Shown here: piece by piece, positions 24,701 through 38,609 of the stretch
Position numbering within the stretch: position 1 is the stretch's first letter
Layout: the number at the start of each line of letters is the position of its first letter
Source of the DNA: Phoronis australis
Lineage: Eukaryota; Animalia; Phoronida
Direction: 5' to 3'
Assembly (NCBI GenBank): GCA_002633005.1
Contig: NMRA01000331.1
Span: forward strand, 404,267-468,266
DNA: 64,000 nucleotides
Translations under genes and position numbers: made by a program
Notes under the pieces: generated by a model
Seen by the model: the letters and a program-made list of their open reading frames with translations, nothing else
Database searches by the model: none
What the model was told of the DNA's origin: nothing

Positions 24701-25429
24701 CAATTTGAACTCAAGGTTCAAAATCATTATTTTTCAAATTACATGAATCTCTCCTAATTCATTACTAATTTTACCAATTTTCACCACATAATTTGTCGTG
24801 TCAAATATTGGTTGAGACTTGGCATTGACAGGTTTTCCTTTCAAGAAGTAAAAGGCGCAAAAGCCGTCGGGAATAACAAGTGCGCTATCTATTTTTAAAT
24901 CAAAATACGTCACATGTCATACCTAGTCAGCTCGCTAAATATCGTTAGTATAAGCGAGACTGGGATGTGTTTGAATTTTGGCGGTGGCCGAAAGAAAGCA
25001 AGGTATAAAGTAAATGTCAGTTAGTTACTTAATGAGTTTTATATTATCTACTCTGCACAATTTAGCTTTATTTTGCTAGCCACAAGTTGTTTAACATTTT
25101 TGGACAGAGTGTCTTGCTCATGAAAATGCCCACGTGGCTGGCGTACCACCGCCATAAGCCAGGGATAAGGGGAAATCCCTGCCCAATTTTTTTTTTGGTC
25201 AACATCAATGAAATGCCCATGTGGCCTGCATACCCTCGCTGTAACCTGGGAATAGGGGGAACCTATGCCCAAACTTTTTAGGTCATAACAAAACCCATGT
25301 TGGCTAACATCCCCTCCAACATATTAGGTTGCTATATGACCTTGAAATGTTGATCATTTGTTTTTTTCTTAAGGCAAACGTCTTATCTTATAGTACATTA
25401 TGAAAAGTACCTGAGCATAACATGAAAAA

Positions 25430-26680
25430 TAACGAGCAACGCAGAGCATTGAAATGCGCCCAATGTATCGCAAATGGTGTATTTTTAGGGTTATTTGTAT
25501 CATAAAAATGGCCACTAGATGGCGAAAAAACATACAATCTATCCAAAAATGGGAACATACCATATTTCATTAAAAATCTGTCAAGGAACTTCAGAGAAAC
25601 AAAGGAAAACAGAACAAAACAAAGTTGCCACTAGTGGGCACAGCGTCCGTTCCATCCGCCTAAAAGTTGTCGTCTGTTCTCTTCGTATAAATTCACTTAC
25701 TAAATTTAATAAAGATCCTACAGTGGGTTTTGAAGATACAGCTACGGGAGCAAAATAAAACAAAACTACCACTAGGAGGTGCCACAGTAGTCAATTACCA
25801 TCATCACTGAAAACATTGTACGCCAATTTTCAAAACCATCCCTAGAAATGATTCAGTTGATCGAGAGGTGGACATTAAAAATAAAATTTGAAAACAGCAG
25901 CCACCAGATGACGCAAAATACCTCGATTCCATCTAAAAACAGGATGATAGCGTCATCTCACCAATAGATGCCTATATTCAAAATTTTATAAAAATCTGTA
26001 GAGGGCCTTTGAAGATACAGACTGGTAAATGTAAAAAACTAAAATTGCCACCAGGGTGCACATCAGAAATCAGATCCCTCCGAAAGTCGTCGTCGTCCAT
26101 TATCAACATCATATAAATACACTTGCTAAATTAAGTAAAGATCCTGCAAACGGTTTAATAGATACAGCCATGAGCACAAAAAACAACAAAACTGCCACTA
26201 GGAGGTGCCACAGTAGCCGAACTCATCAAAAAATAGTCGTCAGTCATCCACTTCATAATAAAAACATGCATGCAAATTTTCACAATTATCCTGAAAGCCG
26301 CTTGGTTGATAGACGAGTGGACGCCAAAAAACTCAAAAACAGTAAAAATGGCCACTAGGTGGCGCAAACTACGTCGAATCCATCTGAAAGCGGGAGGATA
26401 GCGTCATCTCCTTAATAGGTGCCTATATACCAAATTTTATGAAAATCCGTTCAGGACTTTTGAAGATAGACAGGTAAACGTAAAAAACTAAAATTGCCAC
26501 TAGGGGGCACACCGGTAGTTGGATCCATCCGAAAGTTCGCTCAAATGTGCATGAACATACATTAAGGCATTTTGGAGATAGAGCAGCAGATGCCGGACGG
26601 ACGGATGCTGGAAGGACGCCAGACAGACAGACGGAGATGACGGCATAATGCATCCACATATAAATATGGGCACATAAAAA
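25430..26680 (+). mobile_element. Helentron-associated non-autonomous element (HINE; pearl/CvA-like) with an internal tandem array
   Basis: 5' module AACGAGCAACGCAGAGCATTGAAATGCGCCCA; eight ~115-157-bp repeats; (GACG/GACA)n microsatellite at about 26595-26640; 3' stem-loop ATGCATCCA...TGGGCACAT followed by an A-run. Confidence 0.75.
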
Positions 26681-28906
26681 GTGCAACTGTACTTTATCGA
26701 TTGTGGGTGTTGGGAAAAGAGAAAGTGTTTGGTGAATAATTTTTGAAAATGGCTAAAAAGTTTTCAGATGCCTTAACCATTTTGGATAATACCCTTAAAA
26801 GTCTAGCGCGAGCCAAGGTTGTCCTAGATAGAGCAACATCTTTTGGCCAATGTGGGAATGGATGTAAGAAGCGACACTCAGTGGACAAATGGACATGGAC
26901 TACCATCAGCGTAAGGGGTACTGTCAGAAACTATCAAACAATCAGATATTATCATCTTTACATGGCCTGGGCCACGGTCTGGGACTGATGCTGCTGAACA
27001 TAGATGATGGTATCCAATAGTTTGATAGCACACGTTGACTATCATGACTGTAAGGGGTGCTGTCAGAAACTATCCGATACTGTTGTCTATATAATACGAA
27101 ATTTCCAAGAGGTTTTGCCCATGTCATAAACCTGAGACAAGTGTAGGATTTGTGTTCTCACATGTACCATAAAAACAATCTTTTTTGCCCAAAAACTCAA
27201 GGTGTCTCAAACTTTCAACCACATGACGCAACATTTGTAAAAACACGCTTGCGCAATGTAAACTCAGTTGCTTTTTGTTAATAGTTTTATTTTAATCTGA
27301 ACAACTGTTGATTGCATTCAGCCTTCATAACAGACGTTCAAGTAAGAATCGAATAAATAGTCTTTGAAGTTGCAAGTGTTTATAGATAACACAGTCAGCA
27401 GGGCTTCCGTGCATGCCCATGTGTGCGCAGGGGTGCGTGAGTACTGAATTGACCTAGAGACAGCACAGCTGCACAGCCTCAACACAGGGTTGGTCTCCGT
27501 TTGAATGAACACGGATATAGAATGCCAAAGATGGGTCTGTTTAAGAAGTAGTTTGCATGTCTTTCCGACTGGGAGTACAGTTGAGACACCCGATTTGTCA
27601 ATCATAACCATCATCTTCACAGAATTCCGGCATCGTTTGGTTGGCGCATTTGGTTGTTGGTATTAGTGTTTTGCTGACGATAAAATGTAAGGCATATGGA
27701 TTTCTACTATTTGCACTACTTTTTGATTCGCCCATGTAATATCAAAAAAATTACATACTCCGTGTTATTAACCAGTAGTGTTGTAACACATTTCAGGTCA
27801 TCATGTGAGAAAGTTATTTCAGCCAGTGTGTTATTTCCGTGAAGTTAAAGCTTGGGTGCAGTTCACAAAATATGATAGATGAATGCTTTTATATTGAAGA
27901 CTGATGGCACTCACTGTTCTTGTACAAATTTGTTGATGAAGTATAAGGCGCTTGTCAAATTTTTAATGTGAACAATTTTAATTATTCAAAACACTGTCTG
28001 TAAGATTGAATCCATGAAAAATTGCAAAGGTAATTAAAACTGGTCAACTTTAGTGGAGTAAAAACGAGTAAATTGACAAATATACTGTATAACATCATTT
28101 TCAAAAATAAATCAATGCATGAAGTAATTTCAAAGTAGAAAAATAAATTTTTGTGATCATGTTCTCAGAATATTTCTTTTTGCCTGACTCTCTGATCATA
28201 CAGTGACTCTTAAAACTGGACCTGAATAAAATCAAGCTTGACAAGATCACCTTTATGACAGGAAATCAGATTTGCCTTATCCATGAACTTAAAATTAATG
28301 TAAACAGGAGTAAGACTGAGTCCTAAACCAGCAGCTACTTACTTACTTGACTGCACCTCTATCACTAAACCCTGAGCAAAAACACATTCATTAGAACTAG
28401 AGCATTAAGTCACTGACAGTCAAGCAGCTTTATAAAGTCTAGAATAAATGCTCTCGATTCACAACGTAGACCTCTCTATACATATAAAAAGCAACTCGAA
28501 TAACATACGGTTATCAAAGAATTTCACAGCAAGACCTATAATTTGCCACGGGAACATTCCATGGCCATCAAAGCCAACAAAAGCTACAAAACTTTGATCA
28601 CTAGCTTGTGCACATCTACAGGCCAATGACACTGTGGTGGGTAACACTGATGTCTGAAGCAAACTGAATAATTTTCAGTAAGAGCCGATGGGCCAACTAG
28701 CCCACTAATCTGAAATCACTAAATGAGAATGTTAATATTATGCAAGGAAAAATATCACCAATTTCAGACAAAAATGATAACCAAAATTGCCTGTTTTGCA
28801 ATTTCCAAGTGCTTTTCACATTGTTATGGTCACGTTTTTTTCAGAATGGTATCTGATGAAAGCTATGGTAAAGAACTTGAACTGCATTCAGTTGTTGTGA
28901 TATATC

Positions 28907-28993
28907 TTTCATGTGATATATGCTTCATGTGATGTATGTTTCATGTGATATATGTTTCATGTGATATATGTTTCATGTGATATATGTTTCATG
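28907..28993. repeat. Minisatellite, 16-bp unit TTTCATGTGATATATG, about 5.5 copies
   Basis: Direct reading. Confidence 0.9.
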
Positions 28994-29077
28994 GAAATTT
29001 CCCTTGCCATCCATATTGCATCCTAAAGTGGGGAGATTTACCTTAACTAGAAAAAGATCCTAATGCTAAAACAACTA

Positions 29078-31289
29078 CCCTAAACGTTCAGGTTAACACC
29101 CTGGGTGGTTAAATAGGCAAACCCAAATAATCGGGGGTGGGCGGTTAACCAGACATAGGTGCTTAAACATGAAATTTCAAGAAAACCAGGGTGGGTGGTT
29201 AACTGAACATGGGCGCTTATTACGACAGACAACCGCCCTAGGCGGTTAATCTTACCTCCTAATCAGAGTACCACACGACACACGTACTCGGAACGCGTAG
29301 AACATTTCAAAGAGCTTTATCGTCAAGTCGCCAAATGTCGCTAACAGTGTCATAACAGCGGACGATCCCAAGAAGTGTTCTGTTGCCCACAGATTAGTCA
29401 ATCACAATTAAATTTACAAAATTTGTGAGTAATAGCCCCGTGCCGTCCTGCGATCTTATTAGAGCTGTAGTGCAGACGGGTAACCGGCATCCATGGTTTT
29501 CGTGGCTAAATAACTAAATTAGTGAAGAGTTTCAACCAGCAACGCGTCCTTTCCGAGTCAGTGTTTTGCAACTGAGAACCCGCGCTCGGCATAACGGACT
29601 GCAGGTCGCATTGGTGACCTGAAATTTAGAAATGCGAGCCGAGTTTATAGACGTCTTGTTGTACCTGCCACCGGGTAATTCCAACCTACGCGAGCCGTTT
29701 TTTTTTTGGGGGGGGGTAAAACGGATAGGCCTACCTGGCAAACATAAAGCAACTCGAAAAACACAGTTACACACAATATGTACAAATTAGCCTATTATAA
29801 CACCTACGGCAATATTGCACTGCGGCACTGGTCGGTCCCGCCGTTTGCACGCAATATGCCGTCACTAGACTTGGAAATGCCGTCAAGTAATTTAACAGCC
29901 TCTTTCAATATGGGTCATGTTTTATGTGACAAAAGACAGCGGCTGGATTCAGCATGTGGCTGGATTCAGCATGCGCTAAGTATGAGTCACCTGTCAATCA
30001 CATAAAAATATGTTGTTGTCAAGGTAACATGCACTCCAGAGTGTAGGAACTTACATGCGTGTACCACTTCAGAGATCGCACATCAAAAGAGAACAGCTAC
30101 AGCCCTATGTAAAGGAGTACACCAGCGCGACTTTGTACTTTTAAGCTGCTGTTATAAAGAAACCCAGTGTTTTACGATATTCCTCCGTTCCAATGACCCA
30201 AAACTACGATGTCAAGTCTTCCAATATTTCCCGGCTCGATGATCAACTGACCCGATGTTCCATGCCTGTAGCTAGCTGTGTGCACGTCATTACCACTGCC
30301 GCCAATTTTCAATCAATTATGTTGTATTTGTCTCATACTCGAATGGTAAGAATTTTGTTCAGGCTGAAACTGCCCAATATAGAAACAAAAATATTCGGGA
30401 AGCTAAAAGGCTAGGTAGATACGATAGTTCACAGTTACACCTGTCGCAAGAAATCGTACTATAAAGAACCGCCAGCCACTTTGGCAGAATCTGCTAATGC
30501 CAACTTGTCTGAGATGCAATAAGCGAAAAACAAAATTTGACTTGCAGTTTTTTATTTCTTCAACATCCAGTAACGGATCGCCAACCTTTGAATTAAGAAA
30601 TCAAGAGACAGCAAATCGGCCAGCGAGGTACACTATCCGTTCGGTCGCTACACATCCTCAATAACCTGGCAATTACACTCATCAAAATAGGGAGAATTTG
30701 ACATCTTTCCGTGAGTTAGGGAAATTCTTCAAAACACGAGAGCTTCCTACCAAAAGCGAATTGGAAGGGTAGGAAAACCACTGTCACATTTTTCTGGCTC
30801 GATTTTTTTTGAATATATGTTTCATCTAGTGCAATGCAAACAGAAACTCAGTGCGGCAGACCGCGTTGCTAAAAGCGGAGGCATTGAAGCCGGCGGGGTT
30901 CTTAAACTTTGCAAACATGGGAAGAAAATAAAGTGACAAAACGTTCAAGTGTTATATTTTGAAGTAAATCCATGCCTCGAGACAAGAATTTGTTACTTGT
31001 ATTATAATTCACATTGCCAAACCGCCGGCTCAGAGGCCTTCGTTGCACTCTAGTTGTGATCATCGATCTAAAAGTTGGGGAACCGCGCGTTTCCGTAGCA
31101 CCGGGCGCTAAATCTTCAATCTTTAAAAGTCGGGGATGGGCCCTTAACCGAGAGGTGGGCGCCTAACTGGAAATCTTCAAAAATCGCAGATGGGCGGTTA
31201 ACCGAGCAGTGGGCGGTTAAATCGAAAATCCACCTAAAGTAGGGGGTGGGCGGTTAACTGAGTATGGGCGTTAACCCGAACGTTAACGG
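29078..31289. mobile_element. 2.2-kb TA-flanked non-autonomous TIR transposon (pogo/Tc1-mariner-like) with GGGCGGTTAA subterminal repeats
   Basis: TA|CCCTAAACGTTCAGGTTAACACCC ... GGGCGTTAACCCGAACGTTAACGG|TA (24-bp imperfect TIR); clustered GGGYGSTTAA motifs at both ends. Confidence 0.85.
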
Positions 31290-32433
31290 TATAATAGATA
31301 AAATAATTGCAACAACTAACACTGAGAATGCAGACAGGGAGTTTTAAAGCTTAGTTACCACCTCGCCGTTCACACATTTTCTGAACAACTATGCATCAAA
31401 TCAACTCCTAAGTTTCAAACTATGTTGAAACATCCTATTTCTTCAACTCAACAAAATCCTCACATTGCTGTCCATCCTGAGATCACCTTACAGCTAGTGT
31501 TTTCATAATTATTTAAATAAACCTACCTCCTGATGCCTAACAGCTTAATCCAAACTACATATCCACAATAAAGAGTACCCCTCTGAAGTGCACACAGGTC
31601 CTCGAAGATTTCTCACATATCGCAAAACGCATGATCACACTAGCCTTCCCTTATGTACATTTTCGAGAACATGTCCAAAATCACAACTCTCCTAATGACA
31701 AGACAACTTGAAGAACATCACCCTGCGTCACCATAGACCAAAAACAAAGCCAGCAGCAGAAACACATCACAAAGTATGCCAACGAAAGCGAAATCCTGTT
31801 CAAAGGTGAGAAATCACTGAAGACCACAATGCAGACTGAACTTGAAATCTGACATATGAACCTTTAGCCAATACACAGTGCACCAAAAATGGAACTGGTT
31901 GATTTTGATTTTCGTTGAGTGAACTCCAGGTGCTAATCTGATTTAGTACCAACAGACCATTCCAAAGCTAATAATTGGAAAGGCTGACAGCACTGGTTCT
32001 CATCTGCACACAAGTGTGCTGACAATACTAAAGAGATCATGACGAGATCAAAAATTAAATACTGATAAGGTCACAAGACAATTATTTTTCAATGATATGC
32101 ATTTAGCAAAACAACAAAACCATGTTTACACAGAAGCTATGTGACAAACACAAACGGCAGTCACCTACTCCAGTACCCTATACTTTTATGATCAACTCCA
32201 TACTGTTTATTTTGTGTTTTTGCATTATTTAGTCGCTCCACATTATTTTCATACACATGTATCCAATTTCTCTTGGACCTTGTAAATTTACCGGGTTAAA
32301 GTAGAGGGCCCTGAAATTGGAGAATCTAAAAATCAGGAGGCAAGCAATTACGCCCAGCATGGGCATTCAAAACTAAAATTTTTGAAGAGTTGAGGATGGG
32401 GGTCAGTGCTTGAATGGTCGATTCGGGTATATA

Positions 32434-32854
32434 GTGCCGTTTACACTTACAAAGTTGACACGGATCAGCTGACACAGAACAAGTTGTTCCGGTGTGTAAA
32501 CGGACTGACACGGCGCAAATTGACACCACGTTGACAAATTTTTGCCACCCGTTTGTGAGGTAGAGTAATTTGCGCCCGAACATCTTACGCCGTGTCAATT
32601 ATAAGTCTAAACGCGAAACTGGAGTAAGGCGGAAAGGATCGTCTCTACTGCGCTTGTGCAATGACCTACGTACATGTTCTTTGTCTCTGCAACTCTCATC
32701 ATTTGTAAACCTGCGCATGTGCGATCCAGTCTCTGCAGCCTTTAATTTCCATCTTGCCAAGGTTAGTGAGTTGTGTGTGTAAACAGCCGCTTGGCACGGG
32801 TCAATTTGCTCCGTGTCAGTTGCGCCAGACCAAAAGTTGATGTCTAAATGGGAC
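32434..32854. mobile_element. PIF/Harbinger-like MITE, apparently nested in an older element (about 32305-33000, CCCTGAAATT/AATTTCAGGG ends)
   Basis: GTGCCGTTTACAC ... GTCTAAATGGGAC termini, internal inverted TGACACGG repeats; its right end recurs at about 45660-45712. Confidence 0.6.
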
Positions 32855-34438
32855 TAATGAGTGCATGAGCCATAAAATTCGTATGAGATGGGCTTTCACA
32901 AGGTCACGGGTGCTTTTTAGGGAGCCTCAATCGTATAAATTAAGGATGGGGGAAACCGCGAATGAAGAAGTTAAAAAGTGAAATTTTGAAATTTCAGGGG
33001 GGGAGGTTGTTCACCACAACATGGGCAATATTGGCATAGCTACAAATATTTGTTTACTGTAACTGATTGGACTCCATGTTTCAAAACTAGAATTACATTT
33101 TTGAGAATGCCGAACAAGAAGATATCACCTAACATCTCCTATAAACACATTTAATCATGGACAAAAAGTTTCACTGTATTTCCAGATGATTAATGAGGCA
33201 ATGTACTAGGCATAGCAACACAGTACCAGGGTCTATCACTTGCATTGCTATCAGAATGATGTGCAATTATGACATAATTTCACACTATACAAAATACCAT
33301 ATATCAGACGCACTCCTGTCATTTGTGAGCAGCAGGAATGAAAGAAAAATACAGGTAGTTACAGCAGTTACCATAACTACGGCCACAGCAGTATACCATG
33401 AAGACAACAACATAATCGGAACAGAATCAACATTCACAACAAAACAGGCAAATTATAATTCCAGACTACTTACAACAAAGTTGGACTCCTATGCGATTGA
33501 AGTAAGCAGAGAAGAAAAGATTTAGTACAGTCTGCTGAACATTTCAAAGTTAAGCTACCATGTATTTCCATCGCCATATTTATGGACAATAAAGACAAGG
33601 TGATGGAAATGCAAATTATACAACCAACATAGAAAACATTTAAAATCTTTAAAATTTACAAAGCAAACAAGTAATAAATCTTACAGACAAAAAACCCAGA
33701 ATAAGGTTTAGGGTCAAAAACCTTACTGTGCACATAAATCCATTAATATCTGTGCATGTAAATAAACCAACTGGAATTCTGACCATGTCACTTCAGTAAA
33801 ATCTCATAAGACTGACACCTAGTTAGTGTCAAAAACAATGCAGTCTGCCACATGTCAAATGACTGCAAATTGCAGGTATGTACCAAAGTTCATGCTTAAC
33901 AGCGACATCTATTGGTGGAATAGAAACTAACAAAACCAAGGTGTGCTGTACAAGGCAAACCAACTGAAAACAGCTAGCTAAACAAAAATAACTTACGCTG
34001 TTGACAATCAAGTCTGAAAACTGAAATAAGAGTAAAAATACTGTGGAAACGTTGCAACATGCAAAAATACAACAGGTCACAACACCTTCAAAACACTTTC
34101 GTTTCAATTGAAAGCTGCAGTGTCCACAATGCCATTTTTGTGTTGTAAGCATTGTGTACATTATATTTTAATAATTAGTACTCCACATAGCTTTTTGTTT
34201 TGAAACCAGCCTAGTTGAAAACATAGGTTCATAACATTTTTAAGATATGTTTTGTGACCTTGAACATGAAAGAGGCAAACATTACTTGTTGGCCATTCAT
34301 CTTTCTGGACACATGACTACATCAAATCAACTTTTAGAACAAAGCTAATCAAGGAAAATACATCACCGTACTAAGTCAAGTCAGAACGGATGACTGAAAT
34401 GAGCAGAGGGTTGCCATAGAAACAGAGGGTCCACTCAC

Positions 34439-34531
34439 CTGGAAGTGTAGAATGATCATCCATATGAGTCCCAGGGTCAACTTAGGGTTGCCATCGACAA
34501 TCTCGTCCGGGCGTATGTTGACAAGTCGAAC
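34439..34531 (-). CDS. MACF1: Spectraplakin CH1 exon: [31 protein letters not shown]
   Basis: 93 nt, phase 0/0; acceptor tgtttcag, donor CAG|gtgagt; contains the actin-binding site 2 motif. Confidence 0.95.
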
Positions 34532-35954
34532 CTGAAACAGATAGTGCCCCTTAAAGCGCATATAACCCCATGTTCCATTAAAGAAGCAAACTTTTTATAA
34601 GCACCATATAGCACTATAAAACTGGTTTCAACTTGTTCCTCAAATGAGAAGTGACTTCTTGGTTTGCAAAGAATTGACAATCTGTTGGCGTTGAGACCAT
34701 GCTGAGGGCATCAAAAGACACTCCGTGATAAGCCATCTAGTAGAGCATGTACTCAAGCACTAATGATTTGATACAAATTTCATAACGGTAATTGATCTAA
34801 ATCAAAAGTAAGCTTAAGTGACAGAATCCTGCTTAAGTCCACATTTCTCAAAATATTTGTAAATAACTTTAAAACATTTATTCAACAAAAATGAATCATT
34901 AGCACCTGACATTAGTTAGTTGCTTTCTCTTAAATCAATAACTAAGAAAATTTTAGCTTTTTGGGACTTGCGGATAGTTTTGTTTGCTTCTCGCAATGCA
35001 AGAATTCTGAGGTTTTGAACTGGGACCCCAAATAGAAGAGAAAACAAAATAGGTTTACCGTAGGCATATTTCAGTTTCACACTGTGGGCGTTTAGAAAAT
35101 TTCATAAAGGGGTTCTGTTCAGAAAAATTGGAATACTGGTATGAGAGCACTTATAAGCGAATGGGCAATAAATATGGAGAATTTGATGAAAAATCAGAGT
35201 TACAGGAAAAATCAAAACACCACGAGTTTCTTGCACATAGATCAGAACAAAATGCGGGCTTTAGCACTTCACTAAAAGCTGACAATGAAGGCATCATATA
35301 TGTCAGGGAGTGTGCAGAGCTGAAATCATTGGACTTTGAGGTGACTCAGTGCCTCTTCTCATCACTTGACTCAACACGTCTAAGTTGACATGACAGAAAA
35401 CAGAACTATATAATTGCTTTGCTACAAAAATGCAGAACATTCATATGACACCACACTATAATAGTTGTTACAAAGCAGTAAATAAAATACATTGCTACAA
35501 AAACAATGGTGGTCCACCATGTTGTTATAATCAACAAATTTCAAACAACAGCCCCATTGAAAAACATTGCATGCAGATAGATTGGGTATATTACTGACAC
35601 AGAGATGGATTGGACTGAAAAACATCAGAAAGATTGATCAGGAAAAAATGTTTGAGTATAATCACACAAAAACCAATTTGGATTATCTTTTCAATGTTGA
35701 ATACTAAAAACTTTCCTTTCAGGAACATTGAACTGAAAAAAAACAATTTTTTTCCTAATAAAAGCAAATGTAAAATGTAATTACAAATTCTTTAGAAAAA
35801 AATATTTTTTACTGTTTGAAATTAACGTTATTTTTCACAATTGCAGAAAGTTATTAAAAATAATATTACCATATATTTAAAAACAATATTGCCATATATT
35901 ATCAGGATGGAACATAGTTTTGTAGGAGCATACTTCGCAACGTACAAGACTTAC

Positions 35955-36032
35955 CCCACGATATCTCAGAAAGTCCAAGGCAATAGTAACATTTTGAAGT
36001 TTATGGAATCTCATGCGTCCTCGTTCGCGTGG
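35955..36032 (-). CDS. MACF1: Spectraplakin CH1 exon: [26 protein letters not shown]
   Basis: 78 nt, phase 0/0; acceptor tttttcag, donor GGG|gtaagt. Confidence 0.95.
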
Positions 36033-36494
36033 CTGAAAAATCATATCCAAACATAAGTATGCTATTTGTAAAATTGCATCTCAACATCCTCTCATTAACT
36101 TGGTAGGTGCACATGAGCTGTACTGTTTTATCCTACCAAGCAAAGACTGCAGGGAAGACACTTGTTAGAAGAAATCCATGCAAAGACAGAGAACATCACA
36201 ATAAGTTTGATGAAAAAGGTAAACAATTACGTCATTTCCTCACAGAAACATCCAACAAGAGCAATGCAGTGATATGCACCCACTGTGCAAATTGCATACA
36301 ACGCAGATACAAGGGATGATCATTGTTTTATACATTCACACTAAAGGGACCAATGCTAATTAACATAAAATAGCCTCCAGGGGGTACAAAGCCACCTTTC
36401 ATCATGATTCTTAAAGTGGTCTGGATAGGCAGGTGGGTGACAAAGAACAACCACAAAAAATAATAAAAGGCTTCTAGGGAGAACAACATAGGTC

Positions 36495-36827
36495 AAATCC
36501 GTCTGCAACAGGGCAGGTGCTGTCATCTACAGTCTATAGAAACTTAATTCTAAATTTCATATCAGGGGAAGTGCCAAATTTCATTGAAATCCATTAAAGA
36601 GCTTTGAAGATATTTACACCACTTGGTATTATAATCGAAGTCGCATGCATCTTAAAATTAGCCAGTGCTATCCCATCAATGATGGGAACATGTCTGCAAA
36701 GTTTCACAAACATTTATCGTGGATTTTTGGAGATACAGCAGTAGACATCAAATGCCAGATGGATGGGCGCCAGATGAACGGACTCGGATGACGGAATAAT
36801 GCACATATGTTTGCGGCCGCACAAAAA
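36495..36827 (+). mobile_element. Degenerate 3' fragment of the HINE family
   Basis: ccaaatttcattgaaatcc...tttgaagata repeat remnants, GGAC/GATG-rich tract and GACGGAATAATGCAC terminus. Confidence 0.5.
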
Positions 36828-37127
36828 GTAAGATGATTGGAAAGGACCAGGGGATCATTCCGTAAGAACAAGTTTCTTGATCAGGCAAGATCACACAATG
36901 TCACACGAGTGAAAGACGAGTGTTATGAATGAGTTTGCTCCATATGTTATTAATCTACATTATGCAAAAGAATCCACTGCTTTTGATCCCTAAGTGAAGA
37001 TTTCTCAACGCAAACGCATGGCTAATGCCCTGGGTCTACCGAACGCAGCCCAACGATATGCCCCAATGGCAGTAGTTAATTTTTTTGTTATAACACAAAG
37101 GTTTAGTGCATGAACTCAGATACTCAC

Positions 37128-37217
37128 AAGTGTCTCAGAGGATAGGACCTCCAGCAAGCTGATCAAGTTGTGTCCATCAGTCAGGTCTTCAAACAAATCA
37201 TTGATGGCTTGGTGAGC
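37128..37217 (-). CDS. MACF1: Spectraplakin CH1 exon: [30 protein letters not shown]
   Basis: 90 nt, phase 0/0; acceptor gtattgcag, donor CTT|gtgagt. Confidence 0.95.
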
Positions 37218-38609
37218 CTGCAATACAAGGTAAAGTACAGTTTAAATTAAAAAACAAGACTTGTTTGCCATATATCCTAAAAAGTGAAATTTTACTTTTA
37301 TGTTTTTTTCATGAAGCGTATGTAGCACCAAAAAGTATTCAGTCTATACCAATCTACCATCAGACAATATTTTGAAAAACTGTAGGCAGCCATGAAATTG
37401 TTGACAGCCTTTTAGCAATTATTTATGTCCAGCATAACACAACCTCCCAGACTCAAAAAGATTTGAAAGATAAAAGAATGACCACCAGGTGGCATAGTAA
37501 AGAAAACAGAATTATTATGAGAAAGTAAGCTCCTGACAGGAACAACTTGCCTTTGTAAGCTACTATGATGGCAATTTTAAATTTATATTAGTTTTGAATA
37601 CAATTTAGTCAAACAGATATGAAATACTGAAAATTAGAGCGTCTAGTGCTCTGTCGGCCTAGTTTTATGTGACACTGCCACCAGCTAGGTCAACGACTAG
37701 GAAACTGATTGAAAATAAAATTAAAACAGGGAGACCCTAGTAAAGTTGCAAAGGAAATAACTTCAGACAACAAGTATTCAAAACAACAGAAACTATTTAA
37801 CTCATATTTGCAACAACTAGATTATACATGCACTGAACACAAAAGTGAACTACAATGTCTACTGAGGATGAGACCACCACACCAACTCTAGAAAAGTAAA
37901 CAACAAATACACTTAAAAATTTATAACAACAAAAATGGTATACAAAATAACATTGTTTTGTCGCCTTACAAACCTTCGTTCTCCAATGCTACAGCCAAGA
38001 AATAACAGAAAGGTAAGAACAATACCTCTGTGTAACCTGCCACACGGCTATTGTATTTGCCTAGGAATTCAGGGGTATAGGTTCATCTATACTGCTGTCA
38101 AAGCTTTTCAAATGCATTGTGGGACAGTTGCCAGCTTGTAACACCCGGTGACAACACAAATAACTTGGTAACATATGAACATATGACTGAAAACAACATG
38201 TGTTGCATGAATGCACCAGAAGTGAAAGCACAGGTCCACTTCAACTTGCTTTTTGGGGCAAAGTACGACAATGCAAACATAGAAGAAAATAAAAGATTGA
38301 AAGCCAGCCTCAAAATGCATCAATAAATATATAGATTAGCAAATCTTTAGCGCAAAAGATTCTCAGCACACATTTTAAGAGAACAAGGTGAAGAAAACCT
38401 CACCACCCAAATAGAGATCATGTAACAGGACCACAAGTTATACATGATGTCACTGCATATTTACACCTGACAACAGTTCTATCATTTGAAATTAACAGCA
38501 GTGCCAACAATGAAATCCTCCAAATGCATCTATAAACATAAACTCATCACATATTTCATTCAAAAATAATTTCCAAGATGTACATTTTTAGTAGTCCGAC
38601 GTCCGACTA

